The notes beneath the pieces were generated by a model. The model saw nothing but the letters and a program-made list of their open reading frames with translations, did not search any database and had not been told where the DNA came from. Made by a program: the position numbers and the translations under genes. From the NCBI GenBank assembly GCA_034530615.2, contig JAVRCV020000064.1, positions 1 to 64,000 of the forward strand: a DNA stretch of 64,000 nt. Reading direction: 5' to 3'. The DNA comes from Aulosira sp. ZfuVER01. Its GTDB lineage: Bacteria; Cyanobacteriota; Cyanobacteriia; Cyanobacteriales; Nostocaceae. Shown in pieces: positions 30,538 through 41,226 of the stretch; within the stretch, counting starts at the first letter, position 1, and each line of letters begins with the position of its first letter.

Positions 30538-33249
30538 ATGGACTTAATTCTTTGCCACACCACAGCTGATTTTGACGCACTCGGAGCGGCGGTAGGGCTG
30601 ACACGTTTAAAACCAGGTAGCAAGATTGTACTGACTGGGGGTGCGCATCCGCCTGTACGAGATTTTTTGGCGTTGCATCGGGATGAGTATCCCCTAATTG
30701 AACGGCGTTCGGTGAATCCAGAAAAAATTCGTTCTTTAACTGTGGTGGACACTCAACAGCGCGATCGCTTGGGTAAGGCTGCTGAATGGTTCGATTTACC
30801 TAATATCAAGGAAATTATTGTTTATGACCACCACCTCGGACATGAATTAGATATTCCCGCTACACAAACCTATATTGCTCCTGTGGGTGCTACTACAACT
30901 TTAATGGTGGAGCAATTGCAACAACGGCAAATTTCCCTGACACCATCGGAAGCGACTGTCATGGCTTTGGGTATTCACGTTGATACTGGCTCACTGACAT
31001 ACGAGCAAGCGACACCAAGGGATGCTTTAGCTTTGGCTTGGTTGATGCAACAAGGAATCAGTTTGTCAGTGATTTCTACTTACATTGACCCTGGTTTATC
31101 GCCACAATTGCAACAACTATTAACCGAGGCTTTAGATAAATTAGAATATCTCTGCTTACGTGGATATACGATTGCTTGGGTAACTTTGTCAACAGATGGA
31201 TTTGTACCAGGGTTATCGAGTTTGGCTTCCCAACTGGTAGAGTTAAGCGAAATCGATGCTTTATTGTTGGCAAATGAATATCCCTTATCAGAAGGGGATT
31301 CACGCTTAACTATAATTGGGCGATCGCAAATTCCCGATGTCAACCTCAACCAATTATTTCAACCTCTAGGTGGTGGCGGTCATTCCCAAGCAGCAGCACT
31401 GAATTTACGCGGAGTAGATTCACACGCAATTTTAAAACAACTTTTAGACGAGTTAAAAGCTAGTATTCCCCATCCTCTGACAGCTAGAGATTTAATGTCC
31501 TCTCCTGTCCGCACCATCCGTCCAGAAATTACAATTGCTGAAGCACAGCGGATTTTGTTGCGTTATGGGCACTCTGGGTTATCTGTAGTCAATGCAACAG
31601 GGAAACTTTTAGGTATTGTTTCCCGAAGAGATATTGATATCGCCCTACACCACGGGTTTAGTCATGCGCCAGTCAAAGGCTACATGACAACGAATCTCAA
31701 GACTATTACACCTGAGACGACATTGCCCCAAATTGAAGCCTTGATGGTGACTTATGATATTGGACGCTTACCAGTCTTAGACAAAGGGCAATTAGTCGGA
31801 ATTGTTACCCGCACTGATGTATTGCGAGAAATACATCAAAAGAGTTTTGAGTTTCCAGGTTTGAGTTCTGAATCTCAACTTTCCCTCAGCACTCAGCACT
31901 CAGCACTCAGCACTGAGTTACAAAATCGCCTGACTCCCCAATTATGGCAACTGCTGACTCAAGCATCACAAGAGGCAGAAACAAGAGGTTGGCATCTGTA
32001 TCTGGTTGGGGGTGCAGTGCGGGACTTGCTATTAGCTGAGAACGCAGCCGGGACACTAATGATTCAAGATATCGATCTAGTAGTTGATGGCTTTCATAAA
32101 TCAGCAGATGTTGGTGCTGGTGTAGAACTAGCCAAAGCATTGCAAAAAATGCACCCGGAAGCCCGCTTAGAAATTCACGGTGCTTTTCAAACTGCGGCGT
32201 TGCTATGGCACAAAGACCCAGAATTAGATTCGTTATGGGTAGATATTGCGACTTCTAGGACAGAATTCTATCCTTATCCTGCCGCGAATCCGGAAGTTGA
32301 GGCGAGTTCCATTCGTCAAGACTTATATCGTCGTGACTTTACTATTAATGCTTTGGCACTGCGCCTTACTTACCCTCGTGCAGGTGAATTACTTGATTTC
32401 TTTGGCGGGTTGCTGGATTTACAAGCAAAGCAAATTCGGGTTTTACACGCCAATAGCTTTATTGAAGATCCCACCCGCATTTATCGTGGCGTGCGTTTTG
32501 CTGTACGCTTTGGATTTGACATTGAAGCACAAACTGAAGGCTATATCCGCTATGCCATCAACAGTGGTATTTACGATCGCACTGCCCAAGAGAATAGCAA
32601 AACTCCAGCTTTGCAAACCCGCTTGAAAGCAGAACTCAAACATATTCTCGAAGCTCCCTACTGGAAACCTGCATTACAGTTACTCGACAACTTAGGAGCC
32701 TTGCAGTGCATTCATCCTACCTTGAAATTAGATGAAGATATCTTACGAGAACTACGTTTGCTAGAGCGATGTTTGCAAAGATTTGACCGCCAACAAACAA
32801 TAATTCACTGGCAAATGCGGCTAGAAACATTAATCGCCCACCTGGCACCAGAGTATCGGGTAAAAGTAGCAAAAAATCTGCAAATGCAAGAGGATAGTAT
32901 TAGCAGATTAAACTACTTAGCCGCAGTAAACACTGAGGTAAACGCATCATTATCTACTTTTAAACACCCCAGTCAGGTAGTAAATTTGCTGCGACAATAT
33001 GATTTACCAACACTGATTTTAATTGCTTTGCAAAGTCCACGAGTAATCCGGCGACAGATTTGGCATTATTTAACAGTTTGGACTAACATTCAACCAATTC
33101 TCAATGGCAACGACTTAAAGAAACTCGGCTACAAACCTGGCCCACAATATCGGCAAATCCTCGATAATTTACTAACCGCTACCCTAGATGGTGTGATTAC
33201 AAATAAAACAGAAGCCCAAGAATTTTTAACCCAGCATTATCCTCAATAA
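30538..33249 (+). CDS. DHH-CBS-nucleotidyltransferase (A-adding tRNA nucleotidyltransferase / PolyA-pol family)
   Basis: DFDALG, YDHH and GGGGH (DHH/DHHA1); CBS pair; VGGAVRD, DIDLVV, DLYRRDFTINA, EDPTRIYR. Confidence 0.9.
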   Translation: MDLILCHTTADFDALGAAVGLTRLKPGSKIVLTGGAHPPVRDFLALHRDEYPLIERRSVNPEKIRSLTVVDTQQRDRLGKAAEWFDLPNIKEIIVYDHHLGHELDIPATQTYIAPVGATTTLMVEQLQQRQISLTPSEATVMALGIHVDTGSLTYEQATPRDALALAWLMQQGISLSVISTYIDPGLSPQLQQLLTEALDKLEYLCLRGYTIAWVTLSTDGFVPGLSSLASQLVELSEIDALLLANEYPLSEGDSRLTIIGRSQIPDVNLNQLFQPLGGGGHSQAAALNLRGVDSHAILKQLLDELKASIPHPLTARDLMSSPVRTIRPEITIAEAQRILLRYGHSGLSVVNATGKLLGIVSRRDIDIALHHGFSHAPVKGYMTTNLKTITPETTLPQIEALMVTYDIGRLPVLDKGQLVGIVTRTDVLREIHQKSFEFPGLSSESQLSLSTQHSALSTELQNRLTPQLWQLLTQASQEAETRGWHLYLVGGAVRDLLLAENAAGTLMIQDIDLVVDGFHKSADVGAGVELAKALQKMHPEARLEIHGAFQTAALLWHKDPELDSLWVDIATSRTEFYPYPAANPEVEASSIRQDLYRRDFTINALALRLTYPRAGELLDFFGGLLDLQAKQIRVLHANSFIEDPTRIYRGVRFAVRFGFDIEAQTEGYIRYAINSGIYDRTAQENSKTPALQTRLKAELKHILEAPYWKPALQLLDNLGALQCIHPTLKLDEDILRELRLLERCLQRFDRQQTIIHWQMRLETLIAHLAPEYRVKVAKNLQMQEDSISRLNYLAAVNTEVNASLSTFKHPSQVVNLLRQYDLPTLILIALQSPRVIRRQIWHYLTVWTNIQPILNGNDLKKLGYKPGPQYRQILDNLLTATLDGVITNKTEAQEFLTQHYPQ
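31885..31912 (+). repeat. STRR (CTCAGCA)x4 inside the coding linker
   Basis: ctcagcactcagcactcagcactcagca encodes LSTQHSALST between the CBS and NTase domains. Confidence 0.85.
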
Positions 33250-33312
33250 ATTTTCTTTTCTTTGCGTCTCTGCGCCTCTGCGTGAGAAAAAAATAATTTT
33301 TATTTCACAGAT

Positions 33313-33900
33313 ATGCAAACTCAAACCTCCAAACAACACTACACCCCAGAAGAATATTTACAACTAGAAGAGACATCAGAATTCAAAAATGAATATCGGG
33401 ATGGAGAAATTGTACCAATGGCTAGCGGGACAACCAATCACAACGAAATCGCAGGTAATTTTTATGCCAATTTCAAATTAAGAATGAGGAGTAAAAATTA
33501 CAAAATCTACATGGGTGATGTGAGGTTGTGGATACCACGTTATCGTATCTACACATATCCAGATGTCATGGTCATTCAGGGAGAACCAATATATGAGGGA
33601 GATGGTACTACCACCGTGACAAATCCCTTATTGATTGTAGAAGTGTTATCTAAATCTACAGAAACCCACGATAGAAGCAATAAATTTAGATTTTATCGTT
33701 CCATTCCAACATTAAAAGAATATCTTATGATTGACCAATATGAATTTATTGTTGAGCAGTTTGCAAAAAATGCTGATGGTCAATGGGTATTAACTGAGAA
33801 TGAATCGGAGAATGCAGTATTATCACTCCAGAAAATCGAGTTTCAAATTCCCTTCAGTGAAATTTATGCAGGGGTAAATTTTGAAGTAAGAGAAGAATAA
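33313..33900 (+). CDS. Uma2/DUF820 PD-(D/E)xK-like endonuclease family protein
   Basis: YTPEEYL...EYRDGEI, YPDVMVI, VEVLSKST..D...KF..Y. Confidence 0.92.
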   Translation: MQTQTSKQHYTPEEYLQLEETSEFKNEYRDGEIVPMASGTTNHNEIAGNFYANFKLRMRSKNYKIYMGDVRLWIPRYRIYTYPDVMVIQGEPIYEGDGTTTVTNPLLIVEVLSKSTETHDRSNKFRFYRSIPTLKEYLMIDQYEFIVEQFAKNADGQWVLTENESENAVLSLQKIEFQIPFSEIYAGVNFEVREE

Positions 33901-33990
33901 ATTTTGACTGGTTTTTCAATTCGCATCGGCATGATAAAAAATTTATAAATCTCTCATTCATCAAAGTTATCAAATTTAAGATTTTTCCCG

Positions 33991-34326
33991 TTACTCTACA
34001 GCATAAGCGGTGAATTGACGTTTAAAAGGTGAATAAAAACCAATCACAATATCTGAAGCAGGTACACCAAAATCAACCAACCTTTCTGCAATCAGATCGT
34101 CTGTACCGTTATATTGAATCCATATTTTTCCATTTAAAATATCAAAATGCATCACAGGGCCAAATACCCGCTTATCTCCATCCCAGCCCACATAAGCTAA
34201 TTGATAGTGGTCGTTTTCATAATCAAAAATTAATTGCGGTTTCACAGCATCATTATGAGAACTAATTTGTGCGTGTTCTGTCAAAATTTGTTTGATGATT
34301 TGGCGATAGCGTTCTATTTTATCCAT
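33991..34326 (-). CDS. xisI: XisI family protein
   Basis: DHYQL..VGW...HFDI..GKIWIQ.NGT....A..LV..GVP.SDIVIGF. Confidence 0.93.
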   Translation of the reverse strand: MDKIERYRQIIKQILTEHAQISSHNDAVKPQLIFDYENDHYQLAYVGWDGDKRVFGPVMHFDILNGKIWIQYNGTDDLIAERLVDFGVPASDIVIGFYSPFKRQFTAYAVE

Positions 34327-34730
34327 TGCCGTATCTCCTCCTTTTGAGGATCATAAATTATCAACTTCATTTGATAGCGTTGAAGTGAACGTTGAACAAA
34401 AGAAAGCTGAAAAAAATCCCGGTAAGTTTCATTGGGAACAGCTAAATAAACTATTCTATCTGGCTCATAGTCTTCTAATGCTTGGCGGTAATTAAGATAT
34501 TGCCCAAGTGCCGTATGAAATTCATGAATATCCGAACCTGTAATAAAGCTTTTAATTTCAACTGCTATTTTTTCAGCATCACGTTCGGCTGCAATGGTAT
34601 TTTCTGCTGCTAAATCTATCTGGACTTTAACCACTTCGCTAATCCGAATTGTCAACGGATCATTGGTAATTATCCAGCCATCTTTAATCAAGGCATTTTT
34701 TACCTGTTGATGGAAAATATCTTTAGCCAT
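34314..34730 (-). CDS. xisH: XisH family protein
   Basis: MAKDIFHQ.VK.AL.KDGW.IT.DP, IAVEIKSF, FHTALGQYLNYR, YLAVP; overlaps xisI by 13 bp. Confidence 0.93.
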   Translation of the reverse strand: MAKDIFHQQVKNALIKDGWIITNDPLTIRISEVVKVQIDLAAENTIAAERDAEKIAVEIKSFITGSDIHEFHTALGQYLNYRQALEDYEPDRIVYLAVPNETYRDFFQLSFVQRSLQRYQMKLIIYDPQKEEIRQWIK

Positions 34731-34821
34731 TTTTAGAAATTATTATAAAGCTCATGCATAGACGCAAAGAAAAGCACGCTCTTGCATTCTTCTTTGCGCC
34801 TGTTCGATTCTGCGTGAGCAA

Positions 34822-36018
34822 TTAATTTGTAGTTGACTTGGCAATTGCTCCTAATTGCAAACCTGATGGATAGCTACCATCTTCTTTGATGCGCTTAATT
34901 TCTGCATCGGCAATCTGAAAATTTAGCTTTTGTGCGATTGTCTTGACAATATCTCCACGATCGATGACACCAGCTACAGCACCAGCAGGAGAAAGTACAG
35001 TAATGCGAGGTAAATGTTCATTTTCCATTTTGTTAATCACTTCTGCGAGGGAAGTTGATTCTGGAACTGTGGGTATTTCTGTAAGCGGATGCACAATATT
35101 TTGGAGAGTTTGAGTTTCCCATGCACTTCTTTCTACTAAGCGTAAATCGTCAATGGAAACCAGACCCCGATAACGTCCATCAGAAGCAGCAAAATAAACT
35201 TGTGGGGCATTAGTATCTAGTAAATATGCATCGGCAAAAGAACGCAAAGTTTGGTCAGCATCGACTACGCGAAAGTCACGAGTCATCGCATCACTAGCTG
35301 AGACTTTCAGCAAGGTTTCTTGTAATGTAGTGACGCTGTCATAAGTGTTGGCGTTACGAATCCCAAACCAACCCAGCAAGACAATCCACAAACCTAAAGC
35401 CAGTTCTCTGGTAAAAAAGTCGATCGCAAATCCCAGAGCAATCGCCGCATAACCCAAAATTTGCCCAGATCTAGCTGCTAAGTGTACTGCTTGAAAGCGA
35501 TCGCCTGTTACTTTCCATAGTGCTGCTTTTAACACTTGACCCCCATCTAGAGGTAAACCGGGAATTAAGTTAAACAAAGCTACAACTAAGTTTATTCTCG
35601 CCAAATCATCTACCATAATACTGATTGGGCTAGTATCAGGCAAAACATAAGCCCCTAGACGCAGTACAAAAAACAGAGCAATACTCACTAAGGGGCCAGC
35701 GATCGCTACTTGAAATGCTTTGCCTGGAGTTTTGGATTCTTCTTCTATAGCCGCAATGCCACCAAACAAAAATAGGGTAATCGAATTAACTTTAATCCCT
35801 TGCGATCGCGCTACTAAACTGTGACCTAATTCGTGTAACAACACTGAAGCAAATAGCAGCAGTGCCATTACCATTCCTGCACTCCAGGCTAGAGTACTTC
35901 CCCATTCCTGGTAAGCTACACCAAAGTTCAGCGTTGCCAACCCTAAAATTACGAACCACAAAGGGTCTAAAAATAGTGGAATGCCAAATAAAGACCCGAT
36001 TCTCCAATTTGTTTGCAT
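34822..36018 (-). CDS. Site-2 (M50) zinc metalloprotease with CBS domains
   Basis: HELGH, AGP, FNLIPGLPLDGG, C-terminal CBS pair. Confidence 0.93.
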   Translation of the reverse strand: MQTNWRIGSLFGIPLFLDPLWFVILGLATLNFGVAYQEWGSTLAWSAGMVMALLLFASVLLHELGHSLVARSQGIKVNSITLFLFGGIAAIEEESKTPGKAFQVAIAGPLVSIALFFVLRLGAYVLPDTSPISIMVDDLARINLVVALFNLIPGLPLDGGQVLKAALWKVTGDRFQAVHLAARSGQILGYAAIALGFAIDFFTRELALGLWIVLLGWFGIRNANTYDSVTTLQETLLKVSASDAMTRDFRVVDADQTLRSFADAYLLDTNAPQVYFAASDGRYRGLVSIDDLRLVERSAWETQTLQNIVHPLTEIPTVPESTSLAEVINKMENEHLPRITVLSPAGAVAGVIDRGDIVKTIAQKLNFQIADAEIKRIKEDGSYPSGLQLGAIAKSTTN

Positions 36019-36538
36019 GACATTGTCCTAAAAAGTAGATATTTACATTTCCAGATGATATAAAGGATACAAGTATGTTTTTATACTGGAGAGTTGCCTA
36101 AAGTCAAGCCAGAGTGCGATCGCCAAAAACTTATGCCTGGATGACGGCTTTACTAGACCTTGGTGGCAATGCTCTTATTTCTAGAATAGACAATTAATCC
36201 TATTAAATCACTTTGAGAAAATAAAATTCTTCTGCCTAAAGAATCAGCAAATTACTGCGCAGTCAGAAAGCAGACTTCCTCAAGTTACAAATTTGACTAA
36301 CAAACCGAACAACACAATTTGTTAAAAACTGCTGAAGCATTTATTAACGCAAAATCACTTTAATTTTTGCAAAATAATCCAATTTAGCGGTTGTTTTTTG
36401 TTAACTCACTAACTTAATTAAAGAAGCATTGAAGAATTTACTATTTTTTGTAGAAAGCTGAACTCCTGTAAAATCAAGATTATGTTAGGGTGAGTTTAAC
36501 ACTGGATTTAGTAATACTAGATTTTTGAGATAGACAGT

Positions 36539-36826
36539 ATGCTTTTACCAGTTTTTTACATGGAAAGCCTTGATGCAATAGACACTGCAAAACTCTCTCG
36601 CGGTGAAGTACAAGTTCGTAAGATTGCGCAAAATCTGTCCTTAATTCCGACTTTTTTTGTTTATGCAATATTTTTGCCATTACTTATGATTTTGTACTAT
36701 TGTTACGAACCAGGTAAAGAAGTCGTTCAGGGTTTAATCTTTACTTTTATTATTAAACCGACTCGCTGGTTCTGCTATCAAATAGTTTATTTAATTTGTG
36801 ATTTTTTAAGAAAATTGAATAATTAA
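36539..36826 (+). CDS. Hypothetical small membrane protein
   Basis: 95-aa ORF with a hydrophobic segment in otherwise empty space; no recognised motif; start uncertain. Confidence 0.4.
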   Translation: MLLPVFYMESLDAIDTAKLSRGEVQVRKIAQNLSLIPTFFVYAIFLPLLMILYYCYEPGKEVVQGLIFTFIIKPTRWFCYQIVYLICDFLRKLNN

Positions 36827-37037
36827 ATACTAAAAATTATCAGTCAGCCGAGCAATATCAATATTGCTCCATTACTTATTTTTTTGTGCCTTAATGTCTT
36901 TGTGGTATGATATCGTTTTTAACACAAAGGCACAAAGGCACAAAGTTGTTTTAAGCTAGGTGGATAAACTAGCCCAATAAGTTTTCAGTGTTTTGGATTC
37001 AAACAGACCTGTAATTAATAGTCTCAATGAATCACAA

Positions 37038-37292
37038 TTACAAACGACCGATGTTAGTCAATCCCAAAACAATCCCAATACCGATAATGTGGCCGAAAGC
37101 CATTGCACCGATGAATGTGGGAATACTTACAGGAAGACCCGGCAATTTAGGGCCAACATTGGGCTTTTCAATTCTGGTAGCCAGCAAAAGAATGACAACG
37201 CTACTGATGCTGATAATAGCGCCTACTGTGGGATTCCATGCAGGTGTTGCGGGAACAGATGCCGCTGCTGCTAGTAAGATTGATGAAATCAA
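37038..37292 (-). CDS. psaK: Photosystem I subunit PsaK (paralog)
   Basis: W.P.VG, I..P.VGP.LP, AMAFGHIIGIGIVLGL.N.G.L; TTG start preceded by an AGGAG RBS. Confidence 0.9.
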   Translation of the reverse strand: MISSILLAAAASVPATPAWNPTVGAIISISSVVILLLATRIEKPNVGPKLPGLPVSIPTFIGAMAFGHIIGIGIVLGLTNIGRL

Positions 37293-37415
37293 GGTTTTCT
37301 CTCCTAAATAGGAAAATTAATGTAAGCCTTCAAGATTATAAAATTTATTAGGAAAAAACTAGAAATAATTGCCAAAATATCTACTTTTATGTAGGTATTT
37401 ATCCTAGATAACTTA

Positions 37416-38072
37416 ATGACTATGCGAGTTAAAATTTGCGGTATTACTCAACCACAGCAGTCTGTAGCGATCGCCTCTCTGGGCGCAACAGCACTAGGAT
37501 TTATTTGTGTGCCGACTTCCCCCCGCTACGTTAATATACTGCAAATTCAAGCTGCGGTGGCACCATTACCAAAAAACATTGATAAAATTGGCGTGTTTGC
37601 CAACACTAGTATTACAGAAATCAAGCAAATAGTAATTGAGTCTGGTTTAACCAGTGTGCAGTTACATGGTAATGAATCAGCGGAATTTTGCTTCCAATTG
37701 CGCCAAGTTTTACCAGGGGTAGAACTGATTAAAGCCTTCAGGATTCGCAGCAGCGAGCATCTTGAGCAAGTAGCTGAGTATACCAATTATATAGACACGT
37801 TATTGCTTGATGCCTATCATCCCCAACAGTTGGGTGGTACAGGTCAAACCTTAGATTGGAATATGCTACAAGAATTTCGCCCCAGTTGCCCTTGGTTTTT
37901 AGCTGGGGGACTGACACCAGATAATATTTTGGATGCCCTAAGTATGGTAGAACCCAACGGTATTGATTTATCTAGTGGTGTAGAAAAGACACCTGGAGAC
38001 AAAGATTTAGATCGAGTCGCCAAGTTGTTTGCAAAGCTAGGGGCTGTAAAAAGGCTAAAGGATGAAGTATAA
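37416..38072 (+). CDS. trpF: Phosphoribosylanthranilate isomerase
   Basis: [46 protein letters not shown]. Confidence 0.96.
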   Translation: MTMRVKICGITQPQQSVAIASLGATALGFICVPTSPRYVNILQIQAAVAPLPKNIDKIGVFANTSITEIKQIVIESGLTSVQLHGNESAEFCFQLRQVLPGVELIKAFRIRSSEHLEQVAEYTNYIDTLLLDAYHPQQLGGTGQTLDWNMLQEFRPSCPWFLAGGLTPDNILDALSMVEPNGIDLSSGVEKTPGDKDLDRVAKLFAKLGAVKRLKDEV

Positions 38073-38114
38073 AGGCTGAAAATTTGTCATCCTTCATCCT
38101 TTAAACTTTATCCT

Positions 38115-38822
38115 TTAAAAGAAGGCTGGTTGGTGACGAATCAAGTTCAAAAATTCTTCGCGAGTTTTCTGTTGATCTTGGAACACGCCAAGCATTGCGC
38201 TGGTGACAGTCCAAGAACCAGGTTTTTGGACACCTCGCATCACCATGCACATATGACTAGCTTCCATAACTACGGCAACCCCTTGAGGTTCTAAGATAGT
38301 CTGAACTGCTTCTGCGATTTGGCGGGTCAGCCTTTCTTGTACTTGTAGACGACGAGAATACATCTCGACAATCCGGGCCAGCTTACTTAGTCCGACAACT
38401 TTTTGGTTGGGGATATAAGCAACGTGTGCTCTACCCATAAAAGGCAACATATGGTGTTCGCACAGACTAAAGAAATTAATATCCCGGACTAAAACCATTT
38501 CGTTATGCCCTTCATCAAAGATGGCTCCATTCACTAGTTGTTCTAGAGATTGGTTGTAGCCACTGGTAAGGAACCGCATTGCCTCTGCTACTCGCTTGGG
38601 CGTTTTCAACAGCCCTTCACGTTCGGGGTCTTCTCCCACACCCAATAGTATTTGCCGCACGGCTTGGGTCATTTGCTCCATTTCCTCGTCTTGAGGAGGG
38701 TGCAACTCTGGGGGATGTCCGTCGTGGGTATTGCGATCGGGTCTAGTACTGATAGCATCTGCCAAGTTGGGAATTAAAGGCGATTGAGAGCGATTAGAAC
38801 CGTTAGAACTCGCGATAGTCAT
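38115..38822 (-). CDS. folE: GTP cyclohydrolase I
   Basis: [53 protein letters not shown]. Confidence 0.97.
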   Translation of the reverse strand: MTIASSNGSNRSQSPLIPNLADAISTRPDRNTHDGHPPELHPPQDEEMEQMTQAVRQILLGVGEDPEREGLLKTPKRVAEAMRFLTSGYNQSLEQLVNGAIFDEGHNEMVLVRDINFFSLCEHHMLPFMGRAHVAYIPNQKVVGLSKLARIVEMYSRRLQVQERLTRQIAEAVQTILEPQGVAVVMEASHMCMVMRGVQKPGSWTVTSAMLGVFQDQQKTREEFLNLIRHQPAFF

Positions 38823-38840
38823 ATTATGTCTTAGTAAGGG

Positions 38841-39010
38841 TTAGTCATTAGTCATTAGTCATTGGTGAACCAGTGTGGTCTTGGGGGTTCTCCCCCATGA
38901 GCAACTGGTGTTAGCGTAGCGGTAGCGACGTTCGCGTAGCGTCTCCCCTTGGGAGAAGGAGCGTCACCCGAAGGGTCATTTGTCATGAGCTAAAACAAAT
39001 GACAAACAAC
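38841..39010. repeat. STRR (TTAGTCA/TTTGTCA) array interrupted by nested SDR-like elements
   Basis: ttagtca x3, then GC-rich ccagtgtggtcttgggggttctcccccatgagcaactgg / gcgtagcg... / tctccccttgggagaa / cccgaaggg, then ggtcatttgtcat. Confidence 0.75.
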
Positions 39011-39020
39011 GCAGAAGTAA

Positions 39021-39746
39021 TTAGAGAACGCCAGCGCTGGGCATGAGAGTCAATTCATCAATGACCGCTTGTGATGGCAATAAGGCTGTGTGCAGAATCG
39101 ACTGAGCAACAATTTGCGGCGTTAACATTTTTGAACGGTCAAAGTTGGCATGGACTGTTTCTGTATCCCAAAGCTCGGTATTAACAGCACCAGGGCAAAT
39201 CGCTGTGACGCGAATCCCGTGGGCGCGTTCTTCCTGCGCTAGGGTTTGAGAAAGAGCAATTAAACCAGCTTTACTAACGCTGTATGCACCCCAATTAGCA
39301 AAAGCTTGCTTCCCGGCAATCGAGACGATGTTGATAATTGTGCCGCTGCTGCGATCGCGCATTCCTGGCAAAATCCCCATAATGCACTGGAAGATGCTAG
39401 TGAGATTTAAGTTAATCACTTGCTGCCAATCTTCTAAGGGAGTTTCGCTAATGAGTGCTGTATACGCTATTCCAGCACTGTTTACCAGAATATCTATATC
39501 GCCAAATTCATCAGCGATCGCTTGTATTTGGCCTTTTACTTGGCCAACATCAGCTAAATCGACAGCATAACTTTTCGCTTCTACTCCTGTATGCTTTGCT
39601 GCTACTGCAACTGCCTCCAACTTCTCAAGGGAACGGCTGACTAAGGCGACATCTATTCCCGCCTTCGCAAATGCCAACGCAGTTGCTTTTCCAATTCCAC
39701 TACTTGCCCCAGTAATTAAGGCGCGTCGTTTAGGCTCAACGCTCAT
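39021..39746 (-). CDS. Short-chain dehydrogenase/reductase
   Basis: TGASSGIG, NSAG, S...YSVSK catalytic motif, PGAVNT. Confidence 0.92.
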   Translation of the reverse strand: MSVEPKRRALITGASSGIGKATALAFAKAGIDVALVSRSLEKLEAVAVAAKHTGVEAKSYAVDLADVGQVKGQIQAIADEFGDIDILVNSAGIAYTALISETPLEDWQQVINLNLTSIFQCIMGILPGMRDRSSGTIINIVSIAGKQAFANWGAYSVSKAGLIALSQTLAQEERAHGIRVTAICPGAVNTELWDTETVHANFDRSKMLTPQIVAQSILHTALLPSQAVIDELTLMPSAGVL

Positions 39747-40137
39747 GCTATCTCCAGATTTGTTGGCGGTTCTGCAAGCTTATTGCTAACCCATTATTCA
39801 AATCTCTCGGCTTGCTATAGATTAAACGAATCTAAAAAATAGATTAAATAAATCTAAAAAATCCGATGATTGCTGTTGGCAAATGTTACATTACACTGCC
39901 AGGATGGGTTTGTTTCTAGTTAAGTCTTTGCCCAGTGATGACAAAATTATGTTCGTCTGGGAAATTTCATCCGAACACTCACAATTAATTACCAAATAGC
40001 TAGACAAATCAATTATCCAATTGAATTAATTTGTCAAACATGAAAATGCCCATGACTGAGAAGATTGTTAAAAATCTTTAAGCGTCACAGGCAATTATAG
40101 CATTGCTGCCATGCTAATCAAGCATCTCAAGCTTTAT

Positions 40138-41118
40138 TTAGTGGGCAAGTTCGGTAAAAACACCAATTTTACGGAATTTTTCATAGCGCAGTTGGCGGCG
40201 TTCGGAAGCGGTTAAACGATTGAGTTCGTCTAAATTCTCTAATAGAGCTTGTTTAAGAGTGTTGGCAGCTGCTATGGGGTCAGAATGAGCGCCGCCGATG
40301 GGTTCTGGTAATATTTGGTCGATAATGCCCAAGTTTTTCAGGTCGTGGGAAATAATTTTGAGAGCCACAGCTGCTTGGGAAGCCTTAGCGGCATCTTTCC
40401 ACAAAATGGCAGCGCAGGCTTCGGGGGTGGCTACAGTATAGACAGAGTGTTCAAACATCATCAGGCGATCGCCTACCCCAATACCAAGTGCGCCACCAGA
40501 ACCGCCCTCACCAATGACTGTACAGAGAATGGGTACATCTAGGCAGAACATTTCGCGCAAATTATAAGCGATCGCTTCTCCTTGACCTTGATGTTCGGCT
40601 TCTACCCCAGACCAAGCTCCTGGCGTGTCGATAAAAGTTAAAATCGGCATGGAAAACTTGTTGGCGTGTTCCATCAACCTTAGTGCTTTGCGATAGCCGC
40701 CAGGATAGGGCATACCAAAGTTACGGGCAATATTATCCTTGGTATCCCGTCCTTTTTGATGTCCCAACATCACTACAGGCTGTCCACCCAAACGACCGAC
40801 ACCACCCACTAAAGCCGGATCGTCACCACCACAGCGATCGCCATGTAATTCCATCCATTCATCACTAATAGCCTGAATGTAGTCGAGAGTACTAGGGCGG
40901 CGGGGATGACGAGCCACTTGCAATCTCTGAGATGGAGATAAGCTAGTAAAAATTTCCTCACGCAGTTGCATAGCGCGCGCTTCTAATTGGCGTATTTGAC
41001 CAGATACATCGACGCCATTTTCTTCTGCAAGTTGCCGAATTTGATCGATTCGGGTGGCGAGTTCTGCTAGCGGCTTTTCAAAATCTAACAGTAGCGGTTT
41101 ACGCTCGGTAGTTGCCAT
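40138..41118 (-). CDS. accA: Acetyl-CoA carboxylase carboxyltransferase alpha
   Basis: [45 protein letters not shown]. Confidence 0.98.
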   Translation of the reverse strand: MATTERKPLLLDFEKPLAELATRIDQIRQLAEENGVDVSGQIRQLEARAMQLREEIFTSLSPSQRLQVARHPRRPSTLDYIQAISDEWMELHGDRCGGDDPALVGGVGRLGGQPVVMLGHQKGRDTKDNIARNFGMPYPGGYRKALRLMEHANKFSMPILTFIDTPGAWSGVEAEHQGQGEAIAYNLREMFCLDVPILCTVIGEGGSGGALGIGVGDRLMMFEHSVYTVATPEACAAILWKDAAKASQAAVALKIISHDLKNLGIIDQILPEPIGGAHSDPIAAANTLKQALLENLDELNRLTASERRQLRYEKFRKIGVFTELAH

Positions 41119-41226
41119 CGTACAAGTTTATGAGGTTGAGTTGTTCAGAGTTGGAATGTTAGGTAATGGGGAGTAGGATCTAATTAGTCATTAGTCAACT
41201 GATGACTAATGACTAATGACCAATAA

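Noticed and set aside
28998..30752. Short ORFs with PCPPCPP / GGQGGQG sequences (also 23086-23396)
   Set aside because: Translations of STRR/inverted-repeat elements, not credible genes
33991..34730. fdxN-type excision element
   Set aside because: No xisF recombinase and no interrupted nif/fdx gene nearby
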